Shown here: positions 8,599 through 17,695 of the stretch, in pieces
How the letters are laid out: every line of letters starts with the position of its first letter
Numbering within the stretch: the first letter of the stretch is position 1
Source: a virus
Lineage: Duplodnaviria; Heunggongvirae; Uroviricota; Caudoviricetes
IMG/VR virus record: IMGVR_UViG_3300027744_000008
Length of the DNA: 64,000 bases
Reading direction: 5' to 3' (one strand)
Made by a program: the position numbers and the translations under genes
The notes under the pieces: generated by a model
Told to the model about the DNA's origin: nothing
Seen by the model: only the letters and a program-made list of their open reading frames with translations
Database searches by the model: none

Positions 8599-9071
8599 TG
8601 ATAAAACAATTTTTGAAGAAAATTACAGGCATTCAATTAATTGAGGATGTCAAATTAAAAGCTCAAGCAGAAGCAGAGGCTGCTGTAAAAATTGCAGAAG
8701 ATGCTGCCACTGCTGCCAAAGTTGCCTTAGAGGCTGCAGAACGAGCTAATAAAGAAGCTGAGATAGCTAAAATGACTCCAAAGGATCGAGCTAATGCCAA
8801 AGGTGAACCTTGGGTAAGTGTGCTAGATACTAAGGTCAATCCAGATAATCCAAGAAATGGCTTTTTTGAACTTGACTGGAACGAACTGTTTGTGTTACAA
8901 TTGAAACAAGCTGGATACGGTTTTGACGGTGATCCAGATGAAGAAATCGTTGATCGTTGGTTTAGAGATCTAGCAAGAAATATGCTAGGCGAAGAAGGTA
9001 TGGACCAATCACGTGGATCTGGATTTATTAATGTTAACAAATTAGCGGACGGTAAAGCCGAAGTAAAATGA
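8598..9071 (+). CDS. Hypothetical phage protein (coiled-coil N-terminus)
   Basis: Start ATG 8598 coupled to the queE stop; C-terminal GFFELDWN...IVDRWF. Confidence 0.7.
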   Translation: MIKQFLKKITGIQLIEDVKLKAQAEAEAAVKIAEDAATAAKVALEAAERANKEAEIAKMTPKDRANAKGEPWVSVLDTKVNPDNPRNGFFELDWNELFVLQLKQAGYGFDGDPDEEIVDRWFRDLARNMLGEEGMDQSRGSGFINVNKLADGKAEVK

Positions 9072-10051
9072 GTTATATCTTAGTCGACACTGCTAACACG
9101 TTTTTTCGTGCAAGGCATGTAGTTCGAGGTGATGCCGATATCAAACTTGGTATGGCGTTGCACATTACATTTAACAGTATTAAGAAGGCCTGGCAAGACT
9201 TTGGAGGCAAGCATGTTGTCTTCTGCCTCGAAGGTCGCTCGTGGCGTAAAGATTTTTATGCACCCTACAAACGTAATAGACAAGACACTCGTGATGCAAT
9301 GAGTGCTAAAGAGCAAGAAGAAGATAAATTGTTCTGGGAAACGTTTGATGCATTCAAAGATTTTGTTAAAGATAAAACAAATTGTACAGTATTACAACAT
9401 CCGCGACTAGAAGCTGATGATTTGATTGCAGGCTTCATTCAAGCGCACCCCAATGACAATCATGTTATTATTAGCACAGACACAGATTTTCATCAGTTGA
9501 TTGCACCAAATGTTCGACAATACAACGGTGTAGCAGATACACTTACTACGCACGAAGGTATCTTTGATAAAAAAGGTAAATCGATAATTGATAAGAAAAC
9601 TAAAGAGGCTGTTCCTGCACCGAACCCAAAATGGATTTTATTTGAGAAATGTATGAGAGGTGACACTAGCGATAATGTCTTCTCAGCATATCCCGGCGTT
9701 CGTACTAAGGGTAGTAAAAATAAAGTTGGTCTTACAGAAGCATTTGAAGATCGCAACTCTAAAGGGTACTCGTGGAACAATCTCATGCTTCAGCGTTGGG
9801 TTGACCATAATGGCGAAGAACATCGTGTATTAGATGACTATCAACGCAATGTTATTCTTGTTGATCTTACTGCACAGCCTGCAGACATTAAACAAATTAT
9901 TCAAGATACAATTAAAGAAAATGCTATGCCTAAGTCAGTAGACCAGGTTGGTGTTCGTATGTTAAAATTTTGCAATCTATATGACATGCAAAAAATAGCC
10001 GATAACATACAGCAATATGCGGCTCCTTTTCAAGCAAAGTACACACTATGA
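9068..10051 (+). CDS. rnh: T4-type RNase H / 5'-3' flap exonuclease
   Basis: ILVDT, SWRKDFYAPYKRNR, EADDLIA, IISTDTDFHQL and GDTSDNV FEN-family motifs. Confidence 0.9.
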   Translation: MSYILVDTANTFFRARHVVRGDADIKLGMALHITFNSIKKAWQDFGGKHVVFCLEGRSWRKDFYAPYKRNRQDTRDAMSAKEQEEDKLFWETFDAFKDFVKDKTNCTVLQHPRLEADDLIAGFIQAHPNDNHVIISTDTDFHQLIAPNVRQYNGVADTLTTHEGIFDKKGKSIIDKKTKEAVPAPNPKWILFEKCMRGDTSDNVFSAYPGVRTKGSKNKVGLTEAFEDRNSKGYSWNNLMLQRWVDHNGEEHRVLDDYQRNVILVDLTAQPADIKQIIQDTIKENAMPKSVDQVGVRMLKFCNLYDMQKIADNIQQYAAPFQAKYTL

Positions 10052-10521
10052 CAGAATTACACGCTAAACCAATTGTAGATGGAAAATTTTGGATCGTTGA
10101 ACAAAACGGTGAAAAAATTGCCACGTTACATAAAAAAGAAAACAACAAATTTATGTTAAGTAATAAAGATGGAGAGATTTATTTTAGTAAAAAAGAAGAA
10201 CTAACCAAGCAGTTCGGTAAGAATTTCTTTTTGCCTAAAGTTAAAACTACAATTACATCTGCTGAGCCTAACGAGTGTCATGGATATCCGACTAGTTGTA
10301 CACCGTACAATAGTATGTTTGATGTAAGACAAAAACTACCACTGTTTACAAAAAGCTCTGCAAGTAAGAGTCTATATTGTGCAGGATATTACATAATTAA
10401 ATTTGACAAAGGATGGGTCAAAAGTTTCTGTCCTAAGCTAATTACTATTGAAAGATATCCTTTTAAAGGACCATTTATGGACGAATTAGAGATGAAACAG
10501 GTGCTATCAAATGTCAAGTGA
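10048..10521 (+). CDS. Hypothetical phage protein
   Basis: 157 aa, coupled to rnh. Confidence 0.7.
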   Translation: MTELHAKPIVDGKFWIVEQNGEKIATLHKKENNKFMLSNKDGEIYFSKKEELTKQFGKNFFLPKVKTTITSAEPNECHGYPTSCTPYNSMFDVRQKLPLFTKSSASKSLYCAGYYIIKFDKGWVKSFCPKLITIERYPFKGPFMDELEMKQVLSNVK

Positions 10522-10759
10522 TCCAATTAACACCATTGCTATACAACAATTTATACAACAGGTAAAAATTGCCGATGCTAGTCAACAAAAAGAAATCCGT
10601 ATGGATATAAAAAATGCCAAGGCTCTTAGCTTTGCTCTTACAGAAGTGTTGGCAAAACTAACACAGGACTATGAGATTTTATTAAAAGAATTGCTCAAAG
10701 CCAGTGGTAATGACACCATTACAGTGGCCATGGACGGTGGCGGATTTTCAAACAAATAG
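10511..10759 (+). CDS. Hypothetical phage protein
   Basis: 82 aa, overlapping start. Confidence 0.65.
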   Translation: MSSDPINTIAIQQFIQQVKIADASQQKEIRMDIKNAKALSFALTEVLAKLTQDYEILLKELLKASGNDTITVAMDGGGFSNK

Positions 10760-10761
10760 AG

Positions 10762-10797
10762 GATAAATATATGCGTAGTTATCGAGGACGCATATAT
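10762..10797 (+). promoter_or_regulatory. Late-promoter-like GATAAATA overlapping a hairpin that sequesters the start codon
   Basis: GATAAATA 10762-10769; perfect inverted repeat ATATATGCGT (10767-10776) / ACGCATATAT (10788-10797) with the GAGG SD in the loop and ATG 10796 starting in the stem. Confidence 0.7.
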
Positions 10798-11080
10798 GTC
10801 AAGGCCCAAGCCAAACGTGCTTTTAGAGCATATTAATAAAAAAACTTATAAGAGTGAGCAGATCTTAGAAGCCGATGCCATTTGGGCTGTATTTTATAAG
10901 GGCGAGCCTTTTAACTTAAAAAGCTCAAACAGTCTTACCAGTTATCCAGGTCCTAAATATAAAAAAGTAAGTTTTTCAAATCCGGGTCACGCCCACAATC
11001 TTGCTAAAAAACTAAATTTAACTTTTGGCACACAGGATTTTCAAGTTGTTAAACTTACCCAAGGTGAAATTATAAAATGA
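10796..11080 (+). CDS. Hypothetical basic phage protein
   Basis: 94 aa (MSRPKP...YKKVSFSNPGHAHNLAKKLN), GAGG SD. Confidence 0.75.
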   Translation: MSRPKPNVLLEHINKKTYKSEQILEADAIWAVFYKGEPFNLKSSNSLTSYPGPKYKKVSFSNPGHAHNLAKKLNLTFGTQDFQVVKLTQGEIIK

Positions 11081-11466
11081 TAAGCAAAGAAACATACACT
11101 ATTATGTTTCTAAAAGAATGGGGCAAAAGTACAGATGCTGCCAATCTAAAATTATATACTAGAAATTGGTGGCAAAATAATAGATCCAAAGAGTCCGGCG
11201 GACTACGCTTAACCGACGAAGGTTATGAATTTTTGGTTGGAGAATTGCATCTTAAAGAGTACGAGGTTCCATTTACCGAACCAATTGAACTAAGTCCACA
11301 AACTATAATCTTTTTGGATAGATATATCGATTGCCCATATTATCTTACAAACAATAGTATTACAGTATTTTCTGAGCGCAAGAGTTTTGAACTGTACATG
11401 TTTTCAGACGATATCCGAAAATTTGGAATTATCAAAGCCCTTAATAATTTAAAACAAGAAGAATAA
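11077..11466 (+). CDS. Hypothetical phage protein
   Basis: 129 aa, ATGA coupling, GGLRLTDEG motif. Confidence 0.7.
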   Translation: MISKETYTIMFLKEWGKSTDAANLKLYTRNWWQNNRSKESGGLRLTDEGYEFLVGELHLKEYEVPFTEPIELSPQTIIFLDRYIDCPYYLTNNSITVFSERKSFELYMFSDDIRKFGIIKALNNLKQEE

Positions 11467-11486
11467 CTACTTTGGCTAACAAGGTG

Positions 11487-11515
11487 TTGACAAAGTCTAA
11501 GTATTGTCATATAAT
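11487..11515 (+). promoter_or_regulatory. Consensus sigma70 promoter overlapped by an 11-bp inverted repeat
   Basis: TTGACA 11487-11492, 17 nt, TATAAT 11510-11515; inverted repeat GTCTAAGTATT / AATACTTAGAC at 11495-11523. Confidence 0.85.
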
Positions 11516-11558
11516 ACTTAGACAGTGACAGCAAACTTTTAACCAAGATAGGAATTTT

Positions 11559-12662
11559 ATGAGCGAAATCATTTCTCGTACAGTTGGCCCAAAAGGTGCC
11601 ATGAAAGGTCTACGCAAAGCCTTTAAAAACAAGCGTCCATTGTTCCTGTGGGGTCCTCCGGGCATTGGTAAATCAGACATTATCAAACAACTAGGTGCAG
11701 AACTTGACGCCTATGTAATTGACGTTCGTTTGAGTCTTTGGGAACCTACAGACATCAAAGGTATCCCATATTTTGATAGTAATACTAGCAAAATGGTTTG
11801 GGCACCTCCTAGCGAATTGCCAGATGAAGAATTGGCAAAAAAACATAAAAACATTGTCTTGTTTTTAGATGAAATGAACTCGGCGGCTCCGAGTGTACAG
11901 GCAGCGGCTTATCAATTAGTTTTGAACCGTCGTGTTGGTACTTACAAACTTCCCGATAATGTTGTATTGGTTGCGGCAGGCAATCGTGAAACTGACAAGG
12001 GTGTAACTTATCGTATGCCTGCACCGTTGGCCAATCGTTTTGTTCACTTGGAAATGCAAGTTGACTTTGACGATTGGGCTATGTGGGCCACTGACAATCG
12101 TATCCATAAGGATGTAGTTGGATTCTTAACCTTCTCTAAAAAGGACTTGTACGACTTTGATCCTAAGTCTGGATCACGTGCATTTGCTACACCTCGTAGT
12201 TGGTCGTTTGTAAGTGAATTGCTCATGGATGACGACTGCGAAGATGATACATTAGCTGATTTGATTGCTGGTTCAGTTGGTGAAGGTTTAGCTATTAAGT
12301 TTATGGCACACCGTAAAGTAGCAAGCAAAATGCCTAATCCTACAGACATCTTGAATGGCAAAATTAAAGAGATGAAATCCAAAGAGATCTCAGCTCAATA
12401 TAGTTTAGTAACTAGTTTGTGTTACGAACTCAAAGATGCCGCTGATAAAAAAGCCAAAGATTGGAACAGCCAAGTTAATAACTTTTTCACATTCATGATG
12501 AATAACTTCGAAACAGAGTTAGTTGTTATGGGTACTAAGTTATCGCTTACTCAATATAAACTGCCATTGGATCCAGACGAAATTGCATGTTTCGACGAGT
12601 TTCATGGTAAATTTGGTAAGTACATTTCTGCCGCAACTGACAAAGACGAGAAACGTAAATAA
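11559..12662 (+). CDS. MoxR-like AAA+ ATPase
   Basis: Walker A GPPGIGKS, Walker B LFLDEMN, AAGNR, arginine finger LANRF and TPRSW sensor. Confidence 0.9.
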   Translation: MSEIISRTVGPKGAMKGLRKAFKNKRPLFLWGPPGIGKSDIIKQLGAELDAYVIDVRLSLWEPTDIKGIPYFDSNTSKMVWAPPSELPDEELAKKHKNIVLFLDEMNSAAPSVQAAAYQLVLNRRVGTYKLPDNVVLVAAGNRETDKGVTYRMPAPLANRFVHLEMQVDFDDWAMWATDNRIHKDVVGFLTFSKKDLYDFDPKSGSRAFATPRSWSFVSELLMDDDCEDDTLADLIAGSVGEGLAIKFMAHRKVASKMPNPTDILNGKIKEMKSKEISAQYSLVTSLCYELKDAADKKAKDWNSQVNNFFTFMMNNFETELVVMGTKLSLTQYKLPLDPDEIACFDEFHGKFGKYISAATDKDEKRK

Positions 12663-12678
12663 TATGATTTAGTATCAT

Positions 12679-12707
12679 TTGACACCTCCTTCGGGAGGTG
12701 TTATAAT
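12679..12707 (+). promoter_or_regulatory. Consensus sigma70 promoter whose spacer is a C(UUCG)G hairpin
   Basis: TTGACA 12679-12684, 17 nt, extended TG-T-TATAAT 12699-12707; GACACCTCC-TTCG-GGAGGTGTT at 12681-12702. Confidence 0.8.
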
Positions 12708-12736
12708 ATATACATATAGCAAATTTAGGAGCAAAA

Positions 12737-13927
12737 ATGTCACACGTAGATCCGGTTGTTGATAAGATTATTGTAGCAAGAGTAGGACTGTTGTTACGTC
12801 ATCCATTTTTTGGAAATATGGCTACCCGATTAAAAATTCAAGACGGCAGTGATTGGTGCTCTACAGCGGCCACTGATGGACGCCACATGTTTTACAATCG
12901 AGAATTTTTTGAAAAACTAACTCCAAAAGAAGTTGAGTTTGTACTAGCACACGAAATTCTACATAATGTATTCGATCATATGAATCGAAACGAAGGCCGT
13001 AACAGACGCATCTGGAATGCCGCTGTTGACTACACTGTTAACGGCCAATTGATTCGCGACCGTATTGGTGACCAACCTAAAGGTATTGATATCTTTCATG
13101 ATCCTAAACACTATGGGAAGCCTGCAGAACAAATCTACGACGAATTATTTGAAAAGTACGACGAAGAAGAATTGGCTGCATTAGGCCAATTACTTGACGA
13201 ACATTTAGATAACGAGGGTGACGGCAAAAATGGAAATGGACCTCCTCAGTATTCTAAAGAAGAATTAAAACAAATCCGCGACGAAATTCGTGAAGCCACT
13301 ATCCAAGCGGCCAATGCGGCAGGTGCGGGTAATGTACCTGCCAATATTCAACGAATGATCAAGGAACTTACAGAGCCTAAGATGAATTGGCGTGAAATTT
13401 TGCGCCAACAAATACAAAGCACTATCAAGAATGACTACACTTTTATGCGCCCGAACCGTAAGGGCTGGCACATGAACGCTATTTTGCCTGGTACTAACTT
13501 TGACGAAACTATTGATATCTGTATTGGTATTGATATGAGCGGTAGTATTAGCGATAGCCAAGCAAAAGATTTTATCGGTGAAATCAAAGGTATTATGGAC
13601 CAATATCAAGACTACAAAATTAAACTGTGGTGTTTTGATACGCAGGTGTATAATGAAGCAGATTTTGACGGAACCGGCGGTGACGACATTATGGAGTATG
13701 AAGTTATTGGCGGCGGCGGAACTGAATTCGATGTCAACTGGAGTTACATGAAAGAACATGATATTAACCCTAAAAAGTTTATCATGTTCACAGATGGTTA
13801 TCCATGGGGTAGCTGGGGTGATGAAAACTACTGCGATACGGTATTCATTATTCACGGAAACAACAGTATTGTACCACCTTGGGGCAATTACGCATATTAT
13901 GAACAAGACGGTGCAACTAGAAACTGA
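12737..13927 (+). CDS. Putative metallopeptidase + vWA domain protein (DUF2201-like), MoxR partner
   Basis: TAATDG and HEILH (HEXXH); MIDAS motif IDMSGS, GGGGTEF and MFTDGY. Confidence 0.85.
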   Translation: MSHVDPVVDKIIVARVGLLLRHPFFGNMATRLKIQDGSDWCSTAATDGRHMFYNREFFEKLTPKEVEFVLAHEILHNVFDHMNRNEGRNRRIWNAAVDYTVNGQLIRDRIGDQPKGIDIFHDPKHYGKPAEQIYDELFEKYDEEELAALGQLLDEHLDNEGDGKNGNGPPQYSKEELKQIRDEIREATIQAANAAGAGNVPANIQRMIKELTEPKMNWREILRQQIQSTIKNDYTFMRPNRKGWHMNAILPGTNFDETIDICIGIDMSGSISDSQAKDFIGEIKGIMDQYQDYKIKLWCFDTQVYNEADFDGTGGDDIMEYEVIGGGGTEFDVNWSYMKEHDINPKKFIMFTDGYPWGSWGDENYCDTVFIIHGNNSIVPPWGNYAYYEQDGATRN

Positions 13928-14465
13928 TGCGTTCAGCGCTGGTCAGATTGAAAGTAAAATTTGGGCAGCAGAAGAATTAGAAAGAGTAGCGGCTCATACT
14001 CACAACCTCAGGATCACAATCCTAGGCGGATGGTATGGGCTTCTTCACTTTATTCTCAAGGCTCGAGGACAACAAATGATCGAATGGTGCCGTAGCTACG
14101 ACCTTGATCCTATGGCGTGTTCTACTGCCAATGTTGTTAATAACACTTGGGAATCTAAGGAGTGGGCTTTTAAAAGTTATCCCAAGGATGCTAATACCGT
14201 TAAGTACGATGATGAAACTAATTGTGTAATTAATACTTCAACAGAACATTTTGACAGTCAAGAATGGTTTAACAATATTAGCAAAGGTATGCTATGCGTA
14301 CTTCAAGGTAATAACTTAATTATAGAAGATCATGTTAATCGTCCAGAAAGTTTAGAGCACTTTAAATCAATGTTTCCTTTAGAAACTATACTGTTTACAG
14401 GTGAGAAATATTTTGATTTTAAGGAAAATTCATATACACGGTATATGATAATTGGACACAAATAA
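13899..14465 (+). CDS. Class I SAM-dependent methyltransferase-like protein
   Basis: Probable start ATG 13899; ITILGGWYG glycine loop, SYDLDP acidic motif and VINTSTEHF. Confidence 0.55.
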   Translation: MNKTVQLETDAFSAGQIESKIWAAEELERVAAHTHNLRITILGGWYGLLHFILKARGQQMIEWCRSYDLDPMACSTANVVNNTWESKEWAFKSYPKDANTVKYDDETNCVINTSTEHFDSQEWFNNISKGMLCVLQGNNLIIEDHVNRPESLEHFKSMFPLETILFTGEKYFDFKENSYTRYMIIGHK

Positions 14466-14746
14466 TGGCAATTAAAAACGGCAAACCAAATTCATTAAAC
14501 TATTTTGATTTACGCAGAGTTGAATTTCCTGCATTTCATTTTTATTTTACTAATTTGTTAAAAAACACCCCTAACTATGTAAAGCAAATTGATCAGTGGA
14601 TCTATAATAATTTAAACAGTAGATATTACGTAGGTCAAGCCCTAGAACTTGATGCAAACAATAATTTAGTTTATGTTACTAGGGTAGGATTTGAAGCAGA
14701 AAAAGAACTTAGTTTCTTCAGAATTGCCTGCCCGATTTTATATTGA
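14465..14746 (+). CDS. Hypothetical phage protein
   Basis: 93 aa, TAATG coupling. Confidence 0.65.
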   Translation: MAIKNGKPNSLNYFDLRRVEFPAFHFYFTNLLKNTPNYVKQIDQWIYNNLNSRYYVGQALELDANNNLVYVTRVGFEAEKELSFFRIACPILY

Positions 14747-14785
14747 TGATAATTAAGTATGTATTTTATTCATTAAGGAGAAACC

Positions 14786-15031
14786 ATGACAGAAGAAGTA
14801 CAAAATCTACCTGAGCAAGCCCCAGCTCAACCAGCACAAGAAAAAGGTGCCGATTTAAACATTAATGATTTAAATGCTCTTAAGCAAATTATTGATGTTG
14901 CTAGTTCGAGAGGCGCATTTAAACCTGGAAACGAAATGGTTGCTGTTGGCCAAGTTTATGAAAAACTGTCTTCATTCTTAGAAGCAGTGGCTAAACAAGC
15001 CGAAGCAACAAAAGAAAAAACTGGAGTATAA
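14786..15031 (+). CDS. Hypothetical phage protein
   Basis: 81 aa, AAGGAG SD; IIDVASSRGAFK motif; GATAATTA at 14748-14755 upstream. Confidence 0.75.
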   Translation: MTEEVQNLPEQAPAQPAQEKGADLNINDLNALKQIIDVASSRGAFKPGNEMVAVGQVYEKLSSFLEAVAKQAEATKEKTGV

Positions 15032-15032
15032 A

Positions 15033-15656
15033 ATGGAACTAAAACATGTAGGTAGAGTTGTCAGTAACGGTCGTAAATGCCTTATAGCATATAGAACCTT
15101 ACCAGGAGATTCAAATAATTGCTTGATTGTTCCCACAGAAAGTCTAACTGATTCACAGCATGATGCAATTATTAACTTAGTTAATAGTACAGCCGGACAA
15201 GATGCTAACGAATTTGCAGAAGTTATGGCTAGAACGAATTTTCCAGATGGTAGTATCATGTTAGCTAACCTACATGTTAACGGAAGATTGATTAAGGTTC
15301 CGACTAATCAAATTGAAATGACTCCAAACACGCAGATGAAAATTTTGCTGTCGGAATTAAATCAAATAATTGCAGAACAACGGGGTGTAACAGTAGATAC
15401 CTTGGCTATCTCAACTAGAGAGGATAAAAAATCCGAAGTAAGAGAAATTGCATCGGCTCATGACATTAGTCCCAAAGCCGGTGAAGATGTCACTAAAACT
15501 GTTGCTGAACGTCATGAAGAAGCTGAATCATTATCGTTAGATCCAGAACAACAAGCTTCTAAACTACGTAGCGAAGCAGATCGTCTATACAAACAGGCTG
15601 CTATTTTAAGAAAAGAAGCCGAAGATTTAAGTCCAACAAAGAAAAAAGAAAAGTGA
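15033..15656 (+). CDS. Hypothetical phage protein
   Basis: 207 aa, GGAG SD. Confidence 0.75.
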   Translation: MELKHVGRVVSNGRKCLIAYRTLPGDSNNCLIVPTESLTDSQHDAIINLVNSTAGQDANEFAEVMARTNFPDGSIMLANLHVNGRLIKVPTNQIEMTPNTQMKILLSELNQIIAEQRGVTVDTLAISTREDKKSEVREIASAHDISPKAGEDVTKTVAERHEEAESLSLDPEQQASKLRSEADRLYKQAAILRKEAEDLSPTKKKEK

Positions 15657-15973
15657 CTCTAAAAGGAAAAAACTTTCCTAAAGACGTTATTGCACATTGG
15701 CCAGAAGTATTTGGTGAGATCAATCTCAACGTAGTACCTCTCAAGTATTTACATACTATCAACGTGACTTTTAAAGATGGTAAAATCTGGGAAATAGATG
15801 TTAATAAGAATGGTAAAAACAATAATTGGGATTCTTTTGAAAAAGAAATCCAAGAAATATTTCTTACCTATGAAGATAATATTGACAACATAGATTTTCA
15901 AATAAACACAGAAAAAGTAAAAAACGATATTATGAAAATTACAAACAAATTTTTAAAGAAAAAGAAACTATAA
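15653..15973 (+). CDS. Hypothetical phage protein
   Basis: GTG start overlapping the upstream stop; 106 aa. Confidence 0.65.
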   Translation: MTLKGKNFPKDVIAHWPEVFGEINLNVVPLKYLHTINVTFKDGKIWEIDVNKNGKNNNWDSFEKEIQEIFLTYEDNIDNIDFQINTEKVKNDIMKITNKFLKKKKL

Positions 15974-16659
15974 TGAACGTTAGATTGCTGTCCTATTCTC
16001 AACCTACAGCAGAATTTTTTGATCAAGGAATTTTGAATGCACAAGAGCTAATTGCCTATTGTGCCCGTGTATCAAATCCTAGTAATCAATTTAATACAGA
16101 TACAAGTGAAAAACTTATTCGATACTTAATAAAACATCAGCACTGGTCGCCGCTTGAAATGGTCAGTGCATGTATTGAAATCACAACAACCCGAGATATT
16201 GCCCGACAAATTCTTAGACATAGAAGTTTTAGCTTCCAAGAATTCAGTCAACGATATGCTGATCCTACTAAAGACTTGTCGTTTGTTCTTAGAGAGACTC
16301 GACTACAAGACCCTAAAAATAGACAAAATAGCATAGAGGTTGTGCAAGACAATCCTGAGGCACGGGTCTTGGCCCAAGGTTGGGAACGTGCTCAAACTCG
16401 TGTTAAACTTGCCGCTATTGAAGCATATAACTGGGCCATAGAAAACGGCATTGCCAAAGAACAGGCACGTGCCGTTCTTCCCGAAGGTATGATGGAAAGC
16501 CGTTTATATATGAACGGAACACTACGTAGCTGGATTCACTTTATTGAATTGCGTAGCGCAAATGGTACACAAAAAGAACATCAAGAAGTAGCCAAGGCGT
16601 GTGCTTCAGTTATTGCGTCTGTTTTTCCGCTAGCTTCAGACTTAATAAGTATTGATTAA
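15973..16659 (+). CDS. thyX: Flavin-dependent thymidylate synthase
   Basis: ARVS, HWSPLE, signature RHRSFSFQEFSQRY, EQARAVLP and QKEH. Confidence 0.95.
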   Translation: MNVRLLSYSQPTAEFFDQGILNAQELIAYCARVSNPSNQFNTDTSEKLIRYLIKHQHWSPLEMVSACIEITTTRDIARQILRHRSFSFQEFSQRYADPTKDLSFVLRETRLQDPKNRQNSIEVVQDNPEARVLAQGWERAQTRVKLAAIEAYNWAIENGIAKEQARAVLPEGMMESRLYMNGTLRSWIHFIELRSANGTQKEHQEVAKACASVIASVFPLASDLISID

Positions 16660-17695
16660 ACCTACTTTCTAACCAAGCCCAGTCGTTAATTTTTCGAAGA
16701 CCGTCTGGGTTTTGTCTATTATCTAATCCAAATTTTCTACCAGCGATTGCTCCTGCTACTACATATTGTCCATATGTAGTTTTTTTGCCTCTTGTACACC
16801 AGGCAGCAAGTCTTTTATCAGTTTCTAATTGTACTTGACGATCAATTACCGCACTGGCTAATTTAGCACATTCTCTAAATGCAGCTCTCCAAGTAGAGAA
16901 GGGGCTTGTATCAAAGTTATTGTAATTACTAACTTGTTCCATAATTTTAATATTAGCACCAATACTAGTAGTAATATCAACACTATCTCTATTGGCTTGT
17001 AAAATTAAATGTCTTGGAATTAGTTTAACTCCACCGTTTCCATAAACTAGATCATTTACTTTATTTTTACTCTGCCAAATATGTACTACATCAAAATCCC
17101 AACTTGGAACTTCATAATCAAAGTTAAAATCTTCCGCAATTTCTGCATCAGCATCTACTACCCAGAAAAAATCAGTTGAACTAGCAACTGCCGCACAAAA
17201 GTGAGCATTAAAAATTCCTTTGATATTTTGTATGCGTTTAGCGTGTGGATATTTTGTCAGTAAATGTTGAAAATTGTTATCTGCATTTTTTTCTTTATAT
17301 GACAAAAAGAATACATCATATAGCTTAGTATAAAAAATGCCAAAGTCTATAAACTTCACATTATTAAAAAAATTCTTTTCAAACTCATCATCAGTAAATG
17401 TGTAGTCTTTAGGAATTAAAAACAAATTAGAATATTTTAACAATTGGTGATGCACATAAGATTCGTCCCAATTTGGAATCGAAAAATGCTGCATATCAGT
17501 TGTCATGCCTATGTCTGCTGGGATTAACCAAAACATTTTAGTGTTAACTTGATTCATTAATCGTTTAGCATAAATGACATAATTAAATTCTTTGTCAACC
17601 TGAATTGTTTTAGACTTAGGATACTTGGCTTTTAACCAATTAAGTTTATACTCAGGAAACTCTTTTTCGTGATAAAATACAATATCGTAAAACAT
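16610..17695 (-). CDS. Glycosyltransferase-like (GT-A, DxD) protein
   Basis: DVFFLSY...NA..NF, AH..A, FWVVDAD and YGNGGVKL; paralog of the adjacent gene. Confidence 0.6.
   Translation of the reverse strand: MFYDIVFYHEKEFPEYKLNWLKAKYPKSKTIQVDKEFNYVIYAKRLMNQVNTKMFWLIPADIGMTTDMQHFSIPNWDESYVHHQLLKYSNLFLIPKDYTFTDDEFEKNFFNNVKFIDFGIFYTKLYDVFFLSYKEKNADNNFQHLLTKYPHAKRIQNIKGIFNAHFCAAVASSTDFFWVVDADAEIAEDFNFDYEVPSWDFDVVHIWQSKNKVNDLVYGNGGVKLIPRHLILQANRDSVDITTSIGANIKIMEQVSNYNNFDTSPFSTWRAAFRECAKLASAVIDRQVQLETDKRLAAWCTRGKKTTYGQYVVAGAIAGRKFGLDNRQNPDGLRKINDWAWLESRFNQYLLSLKLAEKQTQ

Noticed and set aside
16610-16659. 50-bp convergent overlap of thyX and the last glycosyltransferase as an antisense control element
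   Set aside because: Short tail-to-tail overlaps are common in compact phage genomes, and no further supporting structure was seen.
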